A stretch of 64,000 nucleotides of DNA from Rhizophagus irregularis (lineage: Eukaryota): the NCBI RefSeq assembly GCF_026210795.1, contig NC_089431.1, positions 3,162,001 to 3,226,000 on the forward strand, written 5' to 3'. Position numbers and translations under genes: made by a program. Under the pieces are notes generated by a model that was not told the DNA's origin, did not search any database, and saw only the letters and a program-made list of their open reading frames with translations. Each line of letters starts with the position of its first letter. Position 1 is the first letter of the stretch. This document shows positions 1 to 12,842 of the stretch, piece after piece.

Positions 1-1620
1 CAAGTGAATCTATATCATATGTACTTCCTGATTGTATAAGCCATTTATAACAAAATCCTTCATCATCATGAAGAACATCTTTAATATTTTTATGAAACTA
101 TAAAATGAAAAAGAAAAAAATTTCTTTTTAATAAAATTTTGTAAATCAAATTGAAAATTCAAAGTTTTTGATTTTTTTACCTCATATCTATCAATCACAC
201 TAATTAGAAATAAGAATATTGTCCCGAAATTTTCATAATCATGAAGGAGGGACTCTAAAAAAGTAAAAGATTAATAAATAAATATATGAAAAATCTATAA
301 TGAATTATTTATACATACCCTTTGAATCTGCCTTGCTTACCCATGTATTACATAATCTTTCTAAAGATGAAATAAATTCTGAAGGATGCCGATATAAATG
401 AATAATATCAAGCAATGTAGGAACATCCATAAGAGATCGACAAAGTGTAGCTAATGGAGCCACTTCTAGTTTTGTACTCCATTCACTCATTAACTATAAA
501 AAAATAAGTCGAATTAAGAAAATATATGTTTTTTTAAAACCTTTTAATCTTTTAATAATATCGTACCTTAAATATCGTCTCAACTCGAGATTCTTGATGT
601 AAAAAACTTGTTGTGGCGGTTGATACTAAATGATCAATAATTTGTCTACTTGGATCATCTAATATATTTCCTGCTGTTAATCCAACTGTATCTCCCCCAT
701 CTATTTCATATTCAAGTTCTAAAAACCTATTAACAAATTCTTTTCTTACTAACTTTCTATTTAAACATACTCTCAATATATCAACTGTTATATCTGCAGC
801 TCTAAATTAAACAAATACGATAAAATAACAATTAATGCATACATATATATATAATTTATTTGAAGATATTAAATTCTTACTGGAATATGTCATCTTCCAC
901 AAGTTGATTACATGCATTAATTAAACCTTTAAACCCAAATAATTGATTTATAACACATTCATGACAATCATACTACAAAAATTCATTTCTCATTATTATT
1001 GAATAAAGACAAAATTTTTTTGAGAAGCCACATTTTACTACTTTACCTTATTTTCTTCAGAATATAATAAATTACCATTTTTAAATTTATTAGATTTTTT
1101 TAATTCTAACTTTTCAATTAATGAAGGTAATTTAACTAATACAAAACTTTTCCATAATAATGTGTGTTGTACCCTTCCTGTTGATGTTTTATCACATTCT
1201 TCAGCTAATCCTGTTAATGCTGACATCCATAATTCTACATAAAATTCATGATCACAAGAAACCTATGTTTAGTATTAATTTTTCGAATTATGTTAAAAAG
1301 TTGAATTATTATATTGATTGAAAAATAACTTTTTTTTAATAAAGAAGAAATGTAGATACCTGAATATGTTGCAATTTCTCTAAATATTCGACTGCCATAT
1401 CATCTGTCATAACGGGTCTAGTTTGTACCTTTAAAAAAAATATACTTTTTTTTTTAAAAAAAACATTCACATTCTCAATATGAATAACTAACATAATTTG
1501 AAAATAAAAGTCTATAAAAATTCATCAAAAAAAATTTACCAAATTATATGCAAAAAACATTATAGATATTGATGGTATAGCAGGTGAATTTATCACTCCA
1601 TTTGATTGATTATACTTCAT
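1..1620 (-). CDS. MED5: Mediator tail subunit Med5/Nut1-like, multi-exon; runs off the window start, 5' end uncertain
   Basis: Spliced exon ORFs at 1038-1226, 552-776 and 305-490 with GT-AG borders. Motifs ELWMSALTGL...LLWKSFVLVKLP and DYENFGTIFLFLISVIDRY resemble fungal Med5. Confidence 0.6.
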
Positions 1621-2021
1621 CTTTTTTACTTTGCACGAAAAAGATAAATTGAATTCATCAATATTTTTTGTTTAAATAATAATTTACTTCCGTGACACAA
1701 AATGTAGATCAAACTGTATTGGGAAAAATAAGTTGTACAAAAAAGTAATATATAATAAAAGGATTAGGATTTAGGACTGATAATTCTCTATATTTACAAA
1801 CATATTAAGTATTTTATTTTATTTCTTTTAATTAAAAATCAATACGTAATGACTGTGTCAGGTCACTTCAGTTAATTAAAGAATTATGATATTAATTCAA
1901 GGATCATAATTTAAAATTTTGTTTTTTGAGAACCTTTTCATATTTAAAGAGAATAGAGAGAGGGATGGGATCTCTCCGTCTCTCGTATGTAATAACACTA
2001 TAGTATTTGTAGTTATGGTTA

Positions 2022-2166
2022 GGGTACTGTCAAGATATTACCTAATATCACTTTAATATAAGAGCTTACCCCCAGATATGTTATATATATAATTCCTTAT
2101 ATAATATTATATATAACCTAAGATCCCCTTTCCCCCTAAAATATTAGGTAATATCTGACAGTACCC
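2022..2166. mobile_element. PIF/Harbinger (Tourist-like) MITE, 145 bp
   Basis: TIRs GGGTACTGTCAAGATATTACCTAATAT / ATATTAGGTAATATCTGACAGTACCC; TTA on both flanks (2019-2021, 2167-2169). Confidence 0.8.
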
Positions 2167-4311
2167 TTATAGTAATAATAGATTTTACATTTAATTGTTA
2201 AGATCGCATTGCTAACGGTAACTTTGGAGAATTACTTTTACCATGTAAAATACATGGACTGTAAAACCACATACATTAACATGAAATGTGGCAAATGTGG
2301 CTTGAGTCATCCAATTGGTCCAACTTGTGAACCACGATTAACCGGATATTTACTGGATTGTAAATTAAGTAAATTAAAAGAACTTTCTTTTTAACAAACC
2401 GAAATTAAAATATTCCAAATATGTATTTTTATTAAGGAGGATAAAATTTTAAATTAATTAATCATTAATATCTGCATATATAATTATTAAAAATTTACGA
2501 AGCACAGAAATGGTCTGATATTAAGTTATAAGTTAAGGAAGGTGATAGAATAATAGAATAATAAAACAAATGTAGTACAAACTTTTATTATGAGTTGAAA
2601 CTTAGGAAAAGTATAGTTTCAAGTTATAAGGACTTTATTAAATAAATCCTTTATTTGGAATTAACGGACTTTATTAAAATTAATGAATGAATAAATAATA
2701 GGTTCAAGTTAATTTAAATGTATGAACTTCATTCTTTATTTAGAGAAATGGGCCCGAATTAATAATAATAAATATTGGGAGGGGAATTTCTATTATTTAT
2801 TTATTCATATTACATGTCAAAATAATTTTTTGATGCATTATGTTGCTCCCGATCATAAACAATTCAAACCTAACTAGGTTAGAGTATTCGAGATAATTAA
2901 CCAATTTAAGTTAGGAATGCATTTAAATGAATTTGTTCCAACCATACTCATTTTTCGGCCTTAAATATTGACCGTCAAACAGCTTAAGGTAGACCGTAAG
3001 CATATCAACCAACAAACAACCATGGAAACTTGACAAAATCCACGGTGAAATATTTATTCACAGTCAAAGACTATCTTGATTTCGTATGGGCTTAGCGAAA
3101 TGAAAGATTTATCATTATCAGTATTGTCACTTTTTCCGTGTGGTTTACATCTTACTTTCGAAGCCACTGTGCTTGTCCACTAAATAAAATTGCATTTGCA
3201 AATTGCAATCCAATTGCTCACTCGAAAGATCCGGGAGTAACGGAACACGTGGGATGAATTGTTTGGGTTTTCCCCCTCTTTTTTAATCAATTTTTGTCGT
3301 ACAAGTCATGTGATAATGGCAAAAGAGATGGTACAACGGGTACGGTACATACGGTACGTCGGTACGATATTTTTTGTTTACAGAATACAGATTCATCGTT
3401 TGTTTATCTTTGAAGAATTTTCCATGCGTATACCAATAATTTTATTTATGAACTTAACCATTGTTTTTCTTGTGTTGCCATTATTGTAATCTCACATACA
3501 GCTCTAAATGACCTTGTTATACGATATGAATGTTATTATTGATAATAATAATAATTTAATAATTAATAAATAATCAGTCGGAGTCCATTTACCGAATGGT
3601 GTAGATCAGTATATAAGATATTTATAATATGGTTAAATTTGATTGAACTTTATTTATATATTTTAAAATAAACGCTGCGCATCATATCGTTGTTATCGTT
3701 GTTATTATTATTATTTGTTCAAAACTTGATCGGTGATTAGGAATTGAACTTTTAGGATAAATCGATCTATGCCTGTTTTGCCTTTTACGGATAATAGAAG
3801 ATCTTTTTAGTTAAAAAAGGAGGCTTTTTTATACCGTATTATCTGCGTGGCTTTTTCTTTTTTAAATTTTATTTTAATTTATTTTGTATTACATATTCAA
3901 ATTTGTTTCGCGTTTAAATTGTTACGTATCCGATTGTGGCCGTGCAATAAATTTTGTTTTGTAAATAGATCCGCTCATGCTTGGTGATAAGCCAAAAATA
4001 TTATATACATTGAAACAGGAAAGTATATATATATATATATTACATTTGAGAATTTTTTTTTAAAAAAAAAAACTAAATTGAACTTTTCCTTCTATTTTTT
4101 TTTAACGATATAAAAAAATAAATAAAAATACAAAAAATAATAAAATTTTTTAAAAGAAATAAGCCATTTCTATCTTATTCTAAGAATAAATAAAAATATA
4201 ATCAGTTTTTTAAGTAAATTATTTAATTATTTACTTGAAAACGAGAATAAAATAATCTTTTTTGTGTAAACGGTCCTAACTAAAAGAGTAGCGAATATTA
4301 GTTTTTGAAAA

Positions 4312-5322
4312 ATGACAATGACATTAAAGAAATATAATGTAATTATATATTTTATAATATTATTAAACTTAGTAGTAAATGTGGTAATTGCACAAGAGAA
4401 TGGAGCAAGTCCAACAGTTAGTGGTGAAGCTAAAACAATACCATCATCAACTGAAGGTACTGAAAATGCTGTAGAAAGTTGCATAAAAGACACTACATGT
4501 ATTAGCGCTAATGATACTTTAAAATTATGTAATGGACTTATTAAAACTCCTGATAAATACATTGAGGAGAATATTCGATCTGGTGTTTACAAAGTAGAAG
4601 GTAAGTTAAAATCAAATTTATTGATTTTTTTTTCTTTCTTTCGTATTAATAATTCTTACCTTTCCTTAGAACGCAGTTTAGCTAAATGTATGTGTAATCA
4701 ACCATATTATGATACGTTATCGAAATGTTTAGAATGTTTTGTTAATGCTACAGGAACAGAATTTAAAGTTTCACCTGAAGAAGAATATAAGAAACAATGT
4801 GAAAAAATCGGTGTCACTTTCACTCAAACCATGTAAGTATTTTCCTTTTAAAATGTTTACTTTAAAAAAGGCGAACTTAACATACTTTCTTTGTGCAGGC
4901 AAATATCATCCGGAATTTCACCAAAATATAAATGGGGATTAGTAGGTGGTATAGCTCTAGTGGTTCTTGGTTTAATAGGATTTGCTACATTTAAACATTA
5001 CAAAAAGAAAAAATTGACAGAAAAAATTTCTGCCGAAGGAGGTGGTAAATTAAGTACAAGTAATGATAAATATCCTCCTCCCCAGTCACCCTCAGTTCAT
5101 TTTAGATATCAATATGGTGAATATGCACCACCAGCTGACACTCCTTATTATCCTCCTCCACCCGGTGGTCAGGATGGTCAATATCCACCACCACCACCAC
5201 CACCACAACAACAACACCATGGAGTCCAAGGTGGTCAAGGTGAACAATATCCTCCTCCACCACAACAACATGAAGGTGGTCAGGGTGGTCAATCTGATAG
5301 TTATTATGAAGGTCGTTTCTAG
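4312..5322 (+). CDS. Single-pass type I membrane protein: signal peptide, Cys-rich ectodomain, TM helix, Pro/Gln/Tyr-rich tail
   Basis: Exons 4312-4600, 4670-4832 and 4899-5322 join in frame at GT-AG sites. Hydrophobic N-terminus; 8 Cys; TM WGLVGGIALVVLGLIGFATF followed by KHYKKKK; repeated YPPP motifs. Confidence 0.8.
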
Positions 5323-5672
5323 TTTAGATTCCTTATCAACTATTGATTTAAAAATTTTTATTTTCATATATATAAATAGATGTATTGTTGATTTATTATT
5401 AATAAAACCATTTATTATACAGCCAAATAAATAGCTTATTGATAACATAGTTATGTTAAAAAAATTCGCAGTTCGGTGATATTCTAACTTGGTATAGTAC
5501 TCTTCTTCTCCTTTTTCTATCTTATTTTAATACTACGCCAAGGCCCAATGGGTAACCGGTTACGTCATTCTTGGCTACATAATCGGACTCATCGGAGTTT
5601 CAAAAAAAAAACTTAATATAAATATAAACCCATTTGCAAACATTTTTTATTACTGGATAAATTTAGTTTAAA

Positions 5673-6778
5673 ATGAGTCGTCCACCGCAGCCACCAGCTA
5701 AACAAGTACCTAACTCTACCCAAGCCTTGGTTGGACAATTATTAAGTCACCGAAAATTTTTTGTAATATATATGTATTTCTAAATAATAATAATAAAAAG
5801 AAGCATTTTTAATAAACTTTTCTCTTTTTTGTAACGTAGGAAAAAGAAAATTCTCAAGTAAAACATTTAGATAATACTTCGATTTCTTCTAATTCTACTG
5901 TATTCTTGAGATTATGTGATGATATGGAATACATAATTGATAGTGCTTGCACTAAAATTATGATCGGTAAAGTCCTTTTTTTCTTAATAAAAAAAAATAA
6001 GTAAATAAAATCATTTATTTTGAAATAAATTTCCCTCTTTTTTTTAGAGGAATGTAAAAATTTGAAATTGACTGTAAATGATAAAATTCTTACTTCTATT
6101 ATCGAAGTGTGGAAATCCGATAATGTCAATATTAGTGTAAGCAGAAATTACGTATATTTTTTTTTTATTATTTAAATTTATGATTTCTAATTTTTTACTT
6201 AAAATTATTAAATAAATAAATTTATAGTTAAATTCTCAGGTACAAACTATCCAAATTGATCATTGTAAAAATATCAATTTAAATTATAGTAATCCAAATC
6301 ATTTTTATTCTGCTGTTTGGACTACTACATCTCAATTCTCTTTAAAAATTTTTGAAGATGGGCAAGGTAATTAAATGCTAATTATATCATTACCTGTTTT
6401 ATTTTTTTTAAAAAAAAATTTTTATATTTTTTATCCATTTTGTCAATCATTATTAACTTTATTATATATATATATATATTTATTTACTTGATTCTTTTTT
6501 CAAAAGAAAAATATACTTTTAATAATGAAAAGGACAATTCTTCAGAAGAAGAAAATGAGGAAAAAGAAAATGATTCTTTAAAAGATGAATTAAAACAAAA
6601 TATTATTAGATTAATTGATAATCAATTAGTTACTGAAGAATTGGTTCGTGCTGAAAATTGGTTTCCTATTACTCGTAGGGAATGGGGAGAATGGAAAACT
6701 AAAGCTAATGCTAATGCAGAAAAACTAAGACAAAGTAAAGAAGCTGAAATAAAAAATAATGATGAAGCAACTAACTAA
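5673..6778 (+). CDS. Stand-alone CAP C-terminal (C-CAP beta-helix) domain protein
   Basis: Spliced frame MSRPPQPP...ACTKIMIEECKNLKLTVNDKILTSIIEVWKSDNV...VQTIQIDHCKNINL...QNIIRLIDNQLVTEELVRAENWFPITRRE fits the CAP_C pattern. Confidence 0.7.
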
Positions 6779-6970
6779 TCTATAGATTTTATTTATTTTT
6801 TTTTATTTGTTAATAAAAATTTAAAAAATTTTATAAATAATTAAATGTTTATTAATTAAAAATTTTTGTTAACTGAAATTATTATACTTTTTTTTTGTTA
6901 CTTGCAGCATATTTAATACTTTATTAAAATAAAAAAAATAGAAAATTACAAATACTGAATAAATTACATA

Positions 6971-7136
6971 GAGTGAATTTATTTACCGCACCCTGCGTTA
7001 TAACGCATCCTTCCTTTTTTGTAAATTGTTTATGTTGATCTTTAGTTTATATACTGCACCCCCCTTAAAATGGCAAATAATAAACATAAAAATATATATA
7101 AATTTGTAACGCAGGGTGCGGTAAATACATTATTTC
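6971..7136. mobile_element. Mutator-like MITE, copy 1
   Basis: TIR core ATTTACCGCACCCTGCGTTA / TAACGCAGGGTGCGGTAAAT; 9-bp TSD AATTACATA (6962-6970, 7137-7145). Confidence 0.8.
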
Positions 7137-8673
7137 AATTACATAATATCCTAATTTATTAAATACTAAACTACTCATTATCTTATGGAGAAGATTTTAT
7201 ATATGCATTGTTAGATGAAAACTCTAACTTGAAGAGTAAGGTAATTGTGTAAAGCAACCTTTCTTAGAGAGATTTTTTCCATTTGGTCAACACCAGTAAA
7301 TGTTTCACAAAATTTACTGTAACTGCAAAATGAAATCTTAGAACCAAAAAAAAAATCATAAGAAGTAGAATAATAAAATTTAGAATAAAACAATAAAAAA
7401 GAAAAAAAAGAAAAATAAAGTTAATAATAAAGCCTTTCTATACATTCTAAAAGACTTAATAGTCTATGCTTTTGAGCATTAGAATTAATGCAGTTTCCTT
7501 AATATTGATTTAATTTTTATCAGAATGGCCAGTTTTTCTTTGTTAATGTCATCCAAAACCTTATCTTTATTAATTCTAGGCATCTTGACCTTTTTATGCT
7601 TTTTATTCACCTTTTTATTAGTAGTTTTATTTTTGCAAAATATTGAGATTTATATTTTGATTCTACTTCTATTACAATTTACTTTTTGGTGATCAATTAC
7701 AGTCTTTGTTTAAGTTAGGGAAAAGCATCTTTTTCAAACATTAATATAATTTTTGTCTAAACTAATATTCATATTAATAATCTTATCCATAGCTACCTAT
7801 AATTTGTAACATGTAATTAGTTTTCTTTTTTCCTTTTTTTAGATAATGTAAATGTTTTACAATCAGCAAATGCAATAAATAACAGGATGGATTGTTAGAA
7901 TTTAGTATAAGAATGATAATAGAATTAGAAAGAATATTTATTGATACAGTTTGAAATCTTTCTCACTTTTTTCTTTGTTAAAAGTTCAGTTTGCAAAATA
8001 CTATCTAACCAGTAATTCTCCTAATAAAACTGTCCAAACTCCATTATTTCAAAATTTTATAACCTGTTTGTTAAAGTCTATTGATACTGTAATAATATAA
8101 CTGTTGCATATTTCTTCTAACAATTATATAAGTTCAAGTCTTTAGATTATTTAGAATCAGATAAAGGGAACATTATAAACTGTTAAAATTATTTTACTTT
8201 AAACTATATTTTTATTATGATAATTATTTACTTTAACCAAAAAGAAAAAATTAACAAATAGAAAAAAAAATTTAAGAATTAATACTACTATTATAAAAAA
8301 AGTGATTTTTTTTTTACAAATATTATACAGTTATACTTAGAGTTATTATTGAAATATATTTGCTGGTGCAAATAGGATTGAATTGAATTTGGATCTAAAA
8401 TAATTCAAATTCAATTTAAACTAAAAATATAATTATGGCCAAAATTACAAATTTATAATAATTTTATAAATTAATTTATATAATCAGTCATTTTATAATT
8501 ATTAAAAAATTATTTAATAATCACTTAACATTTATAATATTATTTATTAAATATAATTTAAGTATTACTACTGATAGGTTTTGTAAAAATTACCTTTAAT
8601 AAATAGTATAAAATAGTATAATATAATTGACTACTTTTTTATAAAACATTAAAACTTTAGTTTTATAATTACT

Positions 8674-9450
8674 TTATAATCTATATAAGGTAGAATTAAT
8701 TAATATATACCTTTTCCTTTCCGCCTCCATTTTTATTTGTTCCTCTACTTGGAATTTTTTTAAATCCTCTAATTCTTTTTTTATTTGTACTTTTTCCGTT
8801 AAATAACTACTAATTCTTTCATTTAATCTATCTAAACTAATTGGATGATAATTGCCACAATCATAGATTAAATGTTTCAATAGTCTTTCTCTAGAAACTT
8901 CCCGAATTTCCTTATTAGTGGTGGCTGAACGACCTTTTACTGGTGGATTATCAACATGAATTAACTTATTACATTCTCTAATTAATTCGGTTAATTTCTC
9001 ATTTTCTTGACTAATTTTTTCTTTATCCTCTTCACACCTTCTTTCATCCTCAAAATCAGTAAAGCGTGTTCTTACAATAGTGGTATAATTATAAATATCT
9101 TCGTTAAAAATAACCTGCTTTAATAGATTGTAAGTTTCTATTTCTTCCTCGGTAATTCTTCCTCCAATTACTAAAAAAATTTGATTTAATCCTTCTCTTA
9201 CTTCGTAGCAGGCTTTGGCTACTTTGTTTAAGACATCTTTTGATTTTAGTTTGGTATCCCCAATTCCTACTGTATCAATTACTCGGTATTTGATTCCTTG
9301 ATACCCAAACATTTCTAATTCTAATTCTTTTGTTTCGCTAACACTATCTTCAATTTCCCTAAATTTGTTTGTTCCACTAATTACATTAGCAAGAGCAGAC
9401 TTGCCATTGCCAGTGCGGCCGATTAATAAGATATTTCTTACTTCCGACAT
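8674..9450 (-). CDS. AIG1/GIMAP-type GTPase, 3'-truncated duplicate
   Basis: G1 GRTGNGKS, G2 SET, G3 DTVG. Near-identical to 24300-25178 but homology stops after ERKRY (8707). The frame is open upstream to an ATG at 9579. Confidence 0.8.
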   Translation of the reverse strand: MSEVRNILLIGRTGNGKSALANVISGTNKFREIEDSVSETKELELEMFGYQGIKYRVIDTVGIGDTKLKSKDVLNKVAKACYEVREGLNQIFLVIGGRITEEEIETYNLLKQVIFNEDIYNYTTIVRTRFTDFEDERRCEEDKEKISQENEKLTELIRECNKLIHVDNPPVKGRSATTNKEIREVSRERLLKHLIYDCGNYHPISLDRLNERISSYLTEKVQIKKELEDLKKFQVEEQIKMEAERKRYILINSTLYRL

Positions 9451-10109
9451 AATATTATATTTTAAAACTCGTTTACTAATATTTATTTTTTTAAATAAAT
9501 GGTAAAGACAAGAAGAAAGCTGATATTTTTTAATTAGCAGATAAAGGATCCATATAAGTACAAAAAAAAGAAATTGCATTCGTAAGCATTTATTTCATCC
9601 GTTATCGTAGACTGATATTTTTGTTAAGAGTAACAATAATACATGATTATGCATTATTGAGCGGAGTAAAAAAATACGGTGTAAATGAAAATTTTTGTAG
9701 TAAAGCTTAAATTTATACAAAAGTTAATTTATGATGTTATAGATCAAAAACTTCATTAATTAGTGAAAATGGTCTAATCATTCGGTCCTGTGACCGATAT
9801 AGGCACAGTCCCACATCTTACCGTTTGATATAAATAAGCTTTATATTTAAACTTTCTATAAATTTCATTTTATGCCACTTTTATAAGCTTTATTTAGACT
9901 TTTCCTATAATGATTTTCATTTGTACCATTTTTTTTACTCCACCTTATTCATCAATTATGTATAATCATATATTATTGTCATTAACAAAAATATAAGTCT
10001 AGACTGAGCGATAATATATATTTAATGAGATGATGAAACGATTCACGTGATTTTGTGATTTCCGCTATAGAAGATAATATGCAAGATTTGGATATAATTA
10101 CATTAAGTA

Positions 10110-10970
10110 ATCATCACTACATATAGTATAATGCGTAGCGAGTGACATAAACGCGTAATAACACGATATAAAATGTGTTTAAAATGCCGAAATGGTTTCA
10201 ATCGTATTATCATTGGATGATTGGAAGTGTTAGAAGAAGCAGCTTCAACAATGCATGTTATACATGTTACTATGTTAGTAAATCGAAAATGATTTCAAGC
10301 TATACTATGTTTTGAAAAAAATTATTGAATATCAACTAGATGATTCATTATATTCAATATTATTTAAATGATTTTTAATTTAAAGAATTCTTAAGGATGA
10401 ATGGAATAGATGAAATTGAAATATTATCCCATCTCAATCTTTAATTAATTATGGTTCGCTTAAAATGAAAAATATGGAGAATTTATAGTATAAAAGATGA
10501 TACTTATCATCATTTAATCGAACAAGAAATAGAAATTTTAAAATTAATAATTAGTAATACTTCAAAACCTTTTAATTTTGATACTATATCGTAAATCATA
10601 TTCTATACTGTCTTTTCTATATCAATCAATTTCAAGATTTCAATAACAGAAGAGGCTCCGTCATCGCGATACACCATCAATAGATGTATTGATTATCACA
10701 ATTATGTAGGAATGTTGAAAAAATTGGTTATTGAATAAGAGAATTAATGAGAAATCATTATACACAAGGAGTTTTTTAAAACATTATGTAGTGATTCATC
10801 AAATTGATTTAGAAAATTGTCAATTAAATAATGGATAGACAATCATTGAAGAAGCCAAAAGGAAATCCTTGGATTTTTATATCCCTTTTGATGTTTATGA
10901 AAATTATTATTATAAAATATCAGGAACAGGGCATAATGGGAAAATTTCATGGATAATTGAGATTGATATT
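10110..10970 (+). pseudogene. Decayed ORF of unknown family (paralog of about 25880-26720)
   Basis: Protein-like segments (LEEAASTMH; DEIEILSHL; FYIPFDVYENYYYKISGTGHN) broken by stops and frameshifts. Confidence 0.4.
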
Positions 10971-11566
10971 TTTTATAATAATTCGATGTTATCATTATGG
11001 GATTTCTGTAGAAAAATTGGTAAAAACTGAATTAATTATACTAATTCTTACATGCATTATTTATTACGATTGTAATAAATATTAACTTTATTAATTTATG
11101 TGAGGATTTACTAAGCTAGGAAATATAGAAATTCAATAATTGCTCTATATATTCGTAAAAACGTGAATAACCCTAGCCTTTTTCCCCTTTCTCATTTATT
11201 TTACCCTCGTCTTCCTATTCTACTTTCATTTTCCTTTTTTCTTTATCCAAATATTAAAAACTTTTATATAATATAATAAATCGCACAACTCAACGTTGTG
11301 AAATAACTTCACGTCAACTTGTATAATTTATTAAATTTAATCAATTGATTTCTACTTATTAGCACTTATTCATTCAACCAATAAATCCAATAAATCTATT
11401 TGTTTTGTTTCAGCAATTATAGATTTTAATTTTTTACACTTTTAACACAAGAATTTGATTTTAAACAAAACTATTTTTTTTAAGACTTGACTCTAACTAA
11501 TTAATATTCCATTAGTTACATCATTGTTTTGTTACTTTTATTCTTCAATCTTAATATTTCTGAATT

Positions 11567-12842
11567 CTATGAATGTTCCAATGACTTAATTGCTTCTAAA
11601 GCTTGAGCACAACTCTCTATGGTATTACAAATATTTTTTATATCTGATACATCTGAAGTATTTCAATAGAATACTTAATTCCTTAAGTCTTGTTGATAGA
11701 GTCGAAACACATTTTCGTACCACATCTTGCTGATGTTTATCATTTTGTTCCAAAGTTATATTATTAGTGTTGTTATATGAAAACTGAACTTTTTTCCAAG
11801 TTGTTGAATCATAGACTGAATTGTTGTATACAAAAAAAAGAAAAAGAGAAATATTAAGAAAAACAAGGAATATAGTTAAAAGGAAGAAAGAGACAATATA
11901 ATATTTTTTGATGAAATTCATTTTTTAGTCGCTTACTCGCGTTGAACTAATATTTTTAATCATCAAAAGATTCATATTTTAATTCTAATTATCATATATT
12001 TATTTGTATTCTAATCTTTATTAATCAATAAGGGAAAACAATATCATACCTCAATCTCCTTAACATCAATTTGATGCTTCTTTTCATTAATTGTATCATT
12101 CATAGCTGAAGAAGAATCAACTTGTAATGTCGTCAAATTATGTCTCGAAGAATAATATTCTGATTCATCTATATAATAATTTTGACAAATGATACAATAT
12201 TTTCTTTTATCACGGGATTAATCAAAGGTACCTAAAACAAACGCAAAAACAATAATATTAATAATGTTATAAATAACAACATATTATGAGTGTATATATA
12301 TATATATAAGTATAGCTTACACTGTAACAGGATCAATTAAAGCCCATTCCTCGTAATAAATTTTGACCAATTAAATGTGAAGTACGTTGTGATTGATCAC
12401 GTTGAATTTTTAATTGTTGAAGCTCATCATTTTCATCATCCTTCATCAAATTGTGAAGATGGCTGCTCCATTGATCATAGTTGGAAGTGGATAAATGTTA
12501 GGTTGTTTTGTTTGTGATTTTAATTTCCCCGGTTCTTTATCACACAAAACGCAAAACCATATTGTACTGTCTTTAGAACGAAATAAAGGAACCTAAATTA
12601 AAGAATTTATATTAATAATTATTAACAAGAAAATATAAATAATATTAAATAATTAAGTACATGGCAATTTGGTGTAGAACAGACTGTATCGGTCAGGACC
12701 TGATAATATTTCACGTGAGAAAAGTATGAGCAGGCAAATATAACTAAATACTAACGAATAAATAAGAAAAAAAAAAAACTTACCAACCAGATAAAATATA
12801 TTTATCCATAAGGTTTGAAACGTGTTCTATTCCAGAATCCAT
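11567..12842 (-). pseudogene. Pseudogene copy of the ZNRD2/SSSCA1-like gene
   Basis: Homologous to 27397-28779 with frameshifting deletions (near 12783, 12217 and 11661) and loss of part of the second zinc ribbon. Confidence 0.8.

Noticed and set aside
2209..2394. 61-aa ORF with a CxxC...H...C pattern
   Set aside because: Non-ATG start, no supporting exons, and motif spacing is not a canonical zinc knuckle.
7200..8670. Possible decayed transposase DNA
   Set aside because: Too degraded; no termini or diagnostic motif could be read.
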